This document shows positions 62,244 through 64,000 of a stretch of 64,000 nt of DNA, piece by piece. The stretch is from positions 2,912,001 to 2,976,000 of the forward strand of contig OZ250150.1 of NCBI GenBank assembly GCA_965237675.1, given 5' to 3'. The position numbers were made by a program, and so were the translations under genes. Under the pieces are notes generated by a model. It worked only from the letters and a program-made list of their open reading frames with translations. It searched no databases and was not told where the DNA came from. Numbering within the stretch: position 1 is the stretch's first letter; the number at the start of each line of letters is the position of its first letter. Source of the DNA: Candidatus Latescibacterota bacterium. GTDB lineage: Bacteria > Latescibacterota > UBA2968 > GCA-2709665.

Positions 62244-63299
62244 ATGCTTTCATCGCTTCTTCTTGAGCCCGGCCGTCTCGAACTGCGCGACGTCGACATT
62301 CCCAGCGCAGGTCCTGGCGAGGTGGTCGTCCGGGTGCGATCCGCACTGACGTGCGGTACCGAATTGAAGACGTTCCGCCGCGGCCACCCGAAGATTCCCA
62401 CGCCAACACCGCTGGGTCATGAGTTCTCGGGCGATATCTACGAAGTCGGTAAGGGCGTTTCCAAGTTCAAGGTTGGCGACCAGGTCATGACCGCGCCCAC
62501 AGCGCCGTGCGGCAAGTGCGTGTACTGTCTGAAGTCGCAGGAGAACCTCTGCCGGTACGCCATCGACGAGATGGTTTTCGGCGCCTTCGCGGAATACGTA
62601 CGTGTGCCGGCTCACGTCGTCCAGAACAACATGTACAAAAAGCCCGCGGATCTTTCCTACGAAGAGGCCGCGATGCTGGAGCCCCTCGCGTGCGTGGTCT
62701 ACGGCATGGATCAGGTGAGTATGGGGCCGGACGCCACGGTGCTCATCATCGGCGCGGGCGCGATCGGATTGATGCACACGGCCGTCGTGCGGGCTTTCGG
62801 CGCAAAGCGCGTCATTGTCGCCGGCAGGCGCGAATACCGGCTCAGACTCGCCAGCACGCTCGGCGCGGACGAAATTATCGACGTGGATGCGGAAAACGCG
62901 ATCGAACGCGTTACGGAAATAACCGGCGGCATCGGCGCGGACCTGGTGATCGAGTGCACCGGCCAACTCGCCGTCTGGGAGAGCACGCCCGACCTGGTCG
63001 CCAAGGGCGGCACCGTGGTCCTCTTTGGCGGCCTGCCCAAGGGAACGCGCGCCACCTTCGACACTGCCAGGTTGCACTACGATCAGATCACCCTCAAGGG
63101 TGTGTTCCACTACAGTCGCAGCGCCGTGAAAAAGGCCTATAGCATGTTGGTCGAGAAAAAGATCCACCTCAACGGCCTGATTTCGGGCACCTATTCCCTG
63201 TCCGACCTCAAACACGTCTTCGAGCTTCTCCTGAAAAAGGGCAACGACGTCAAATTCGCGGTCGTGCCCTCCGAACCGAGCACGGAAAAAGCCGGATGA
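62244..63299 (+). CDS. Zn-dependent alcohol/polyol dehydrogenase (MDR)
   Basis: CGTE, GHEFSG, CGKCVYC...C, GAGAIG. Confidence 0.92.
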   Translation: MLSSLLLEPGRLELRDVDIPSAGPGEVVVRVRSALTCGTELKTFRRGHPKIPTPTPLGHEFSGDIYEVGKGVSKFKVGDQVMTAPTAPCGKCVYCLKSQENLCRYAIDEMVFGAFAEYVRVPAHVVQNNMYKKPADLSYEEAAMLEPLACVVYGMDQVSMGPDATVLIIGAGAIGLMHTAVVRAFGAKRVIVAGRREYRLRLASTLGADEIIDVDAENAIERVTEITGGIGADLVIECTGQLAVWESTPDLVAKGGTVVLFGGLPKGTRATFDTARLHYDQITLKGVFHYSRSAVKKAYSMLVEKKIHLNGLISGTYSLSDLKHVFELLLKKGNDVKFAVVPSEPSTEKAG

Positions 63300-64000
63300 T
63301 GCGCGTTGCCCGTCTATACGACTACGGCGACATCCGCATCGAAAACGAACCGATCCCCGAAATCGGGCCTGAAGACGCCCTGGTCAAAATGGCGGTCTGC
63401 GGCATCTGTACCAGCGATACCCTGCCGTGGTACGTGCGTCGCAAGGCCCCCATCGTACTCGGCCACGAGCCTGCAGGGACCATTGTCGACGTCGGCGCCC
63501 GGGTCACGGGATTCTCACCCGGGGAGCGGGTCTTTGTTCATCATCATGCCCCCTGCATGAACTGCCGTTCGTGCCGCCGGGGGCATTTTTCGATGTGCCC
63601 CACCTGGAAAGCCTCCGCGCTGGACCCTGGCGGCCTCGCCGAATTCGTCCGCGTGCCCGGCCTCAACCTCAGAACCGACACCCTGAAACTACCGGCCCCG
63701 ATTTCCCTCGAAGACGGCGCCCTCGTCGAACCGACCGCTTGCGCGGTACAGGCGTTGCAACGCCGCGCCCGCATGCAACGGGGAGACCGCGTCCTGATCA
63801 TCGGCATGGGCATTATGGGGCAGCTTCTTGCCCTGGTGGCCAGGCACTACGGCGCGTCCACCGTGATTGCGGCGGACATGGTGGCCTACCGGCTGGAAAA
63901 AGTCCTTGAACTCGGGGCCGACGTTGGCATCGACGTCACTCGAGACGATCTGGCCGAATCCGTCGCCGCCGCCACCGATGGGGACCTGGCCGACCTGGTT
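63296..64000 (+). CDS. Second Zn-dependent MDR dehydrogenase, truncated by the window edge
   Basis: ATGA overlap; MMRVARLYDYGDIRIE..CGICTSD..GHEPAG..CMNCRSC..GMGIMG; open to 64000. Confidence 0.88.
   Translation, partial: MMRVARLYDYGDIRIENEPIPEIGPEDALVKMAVCGICTSDTLPWYVRRKAPIVLGHEPAGTIVDVGARVTGFSPGERVFVHHHAPCMNCRSCRRGHFSMCPTWKASALDPGGLAEFVRVPGLNLRTDTLKLPAPISLEDGALVEPTACAVQALQRRARMQRGDRVLIIGMGIMGQLLALVARHYGASTVIAADMVAYRLEKVLELGADVGIDVTRDDLAESVAAATDGDLADLV

Noticed and set aside
1-64000. CRISPR array or cas genes
   Set aside because: No run of three or more equal repeats with unique spacers and no Cas motifs; the repeats seen are tandem duplications or REPs.

Overview
64 kb of GC-rich bacterial chromosome. 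The EF-hand/dockerin-like DxNGDGxVNFxDF secreted protein, PhyH dioxygenase and many sugar-acid enzymes resemble Latescibacterota/Poribacteria-like genomes (inference only). Core islands (nth, dksA-like, dusB-larB, tRNA-Glu, tRNA-Val, Zn-ribbon/RNase HI/rnpB/pyrF, ABC-F) alternate with lower-GC accessory DNA. There are four IS elements, with ends read from the sequence (DDE IS at 8097-9910, IS256, IS1182, IS630). Three of them break nuclease genes and one sits in the hairpin loop of a dispersed structured repeat. Main observations: (1) a SWIM-zinc-finger + PD-(D/E)XK nuclease gene pair occurs as two diverged partial copies enclosing a cargo gene translationally coupled to the nuclease stub; (2) a 53-bp MITE with 17-bp TIRs and a TTAT target duplication lies in the P3 loop of RNase P RNA; (3) a ~190-nt structured repeat occurs twice; (4) a stand-alone 42-aa small-protein transcription unit; (5) a decayed tRNA-Glu-adjacent defence locus (Type III Res fragment plus a 1520-aa sacsin-like ATPase-DUF3883 nuclease). 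No CRISPR array, rRNA or integron was found.
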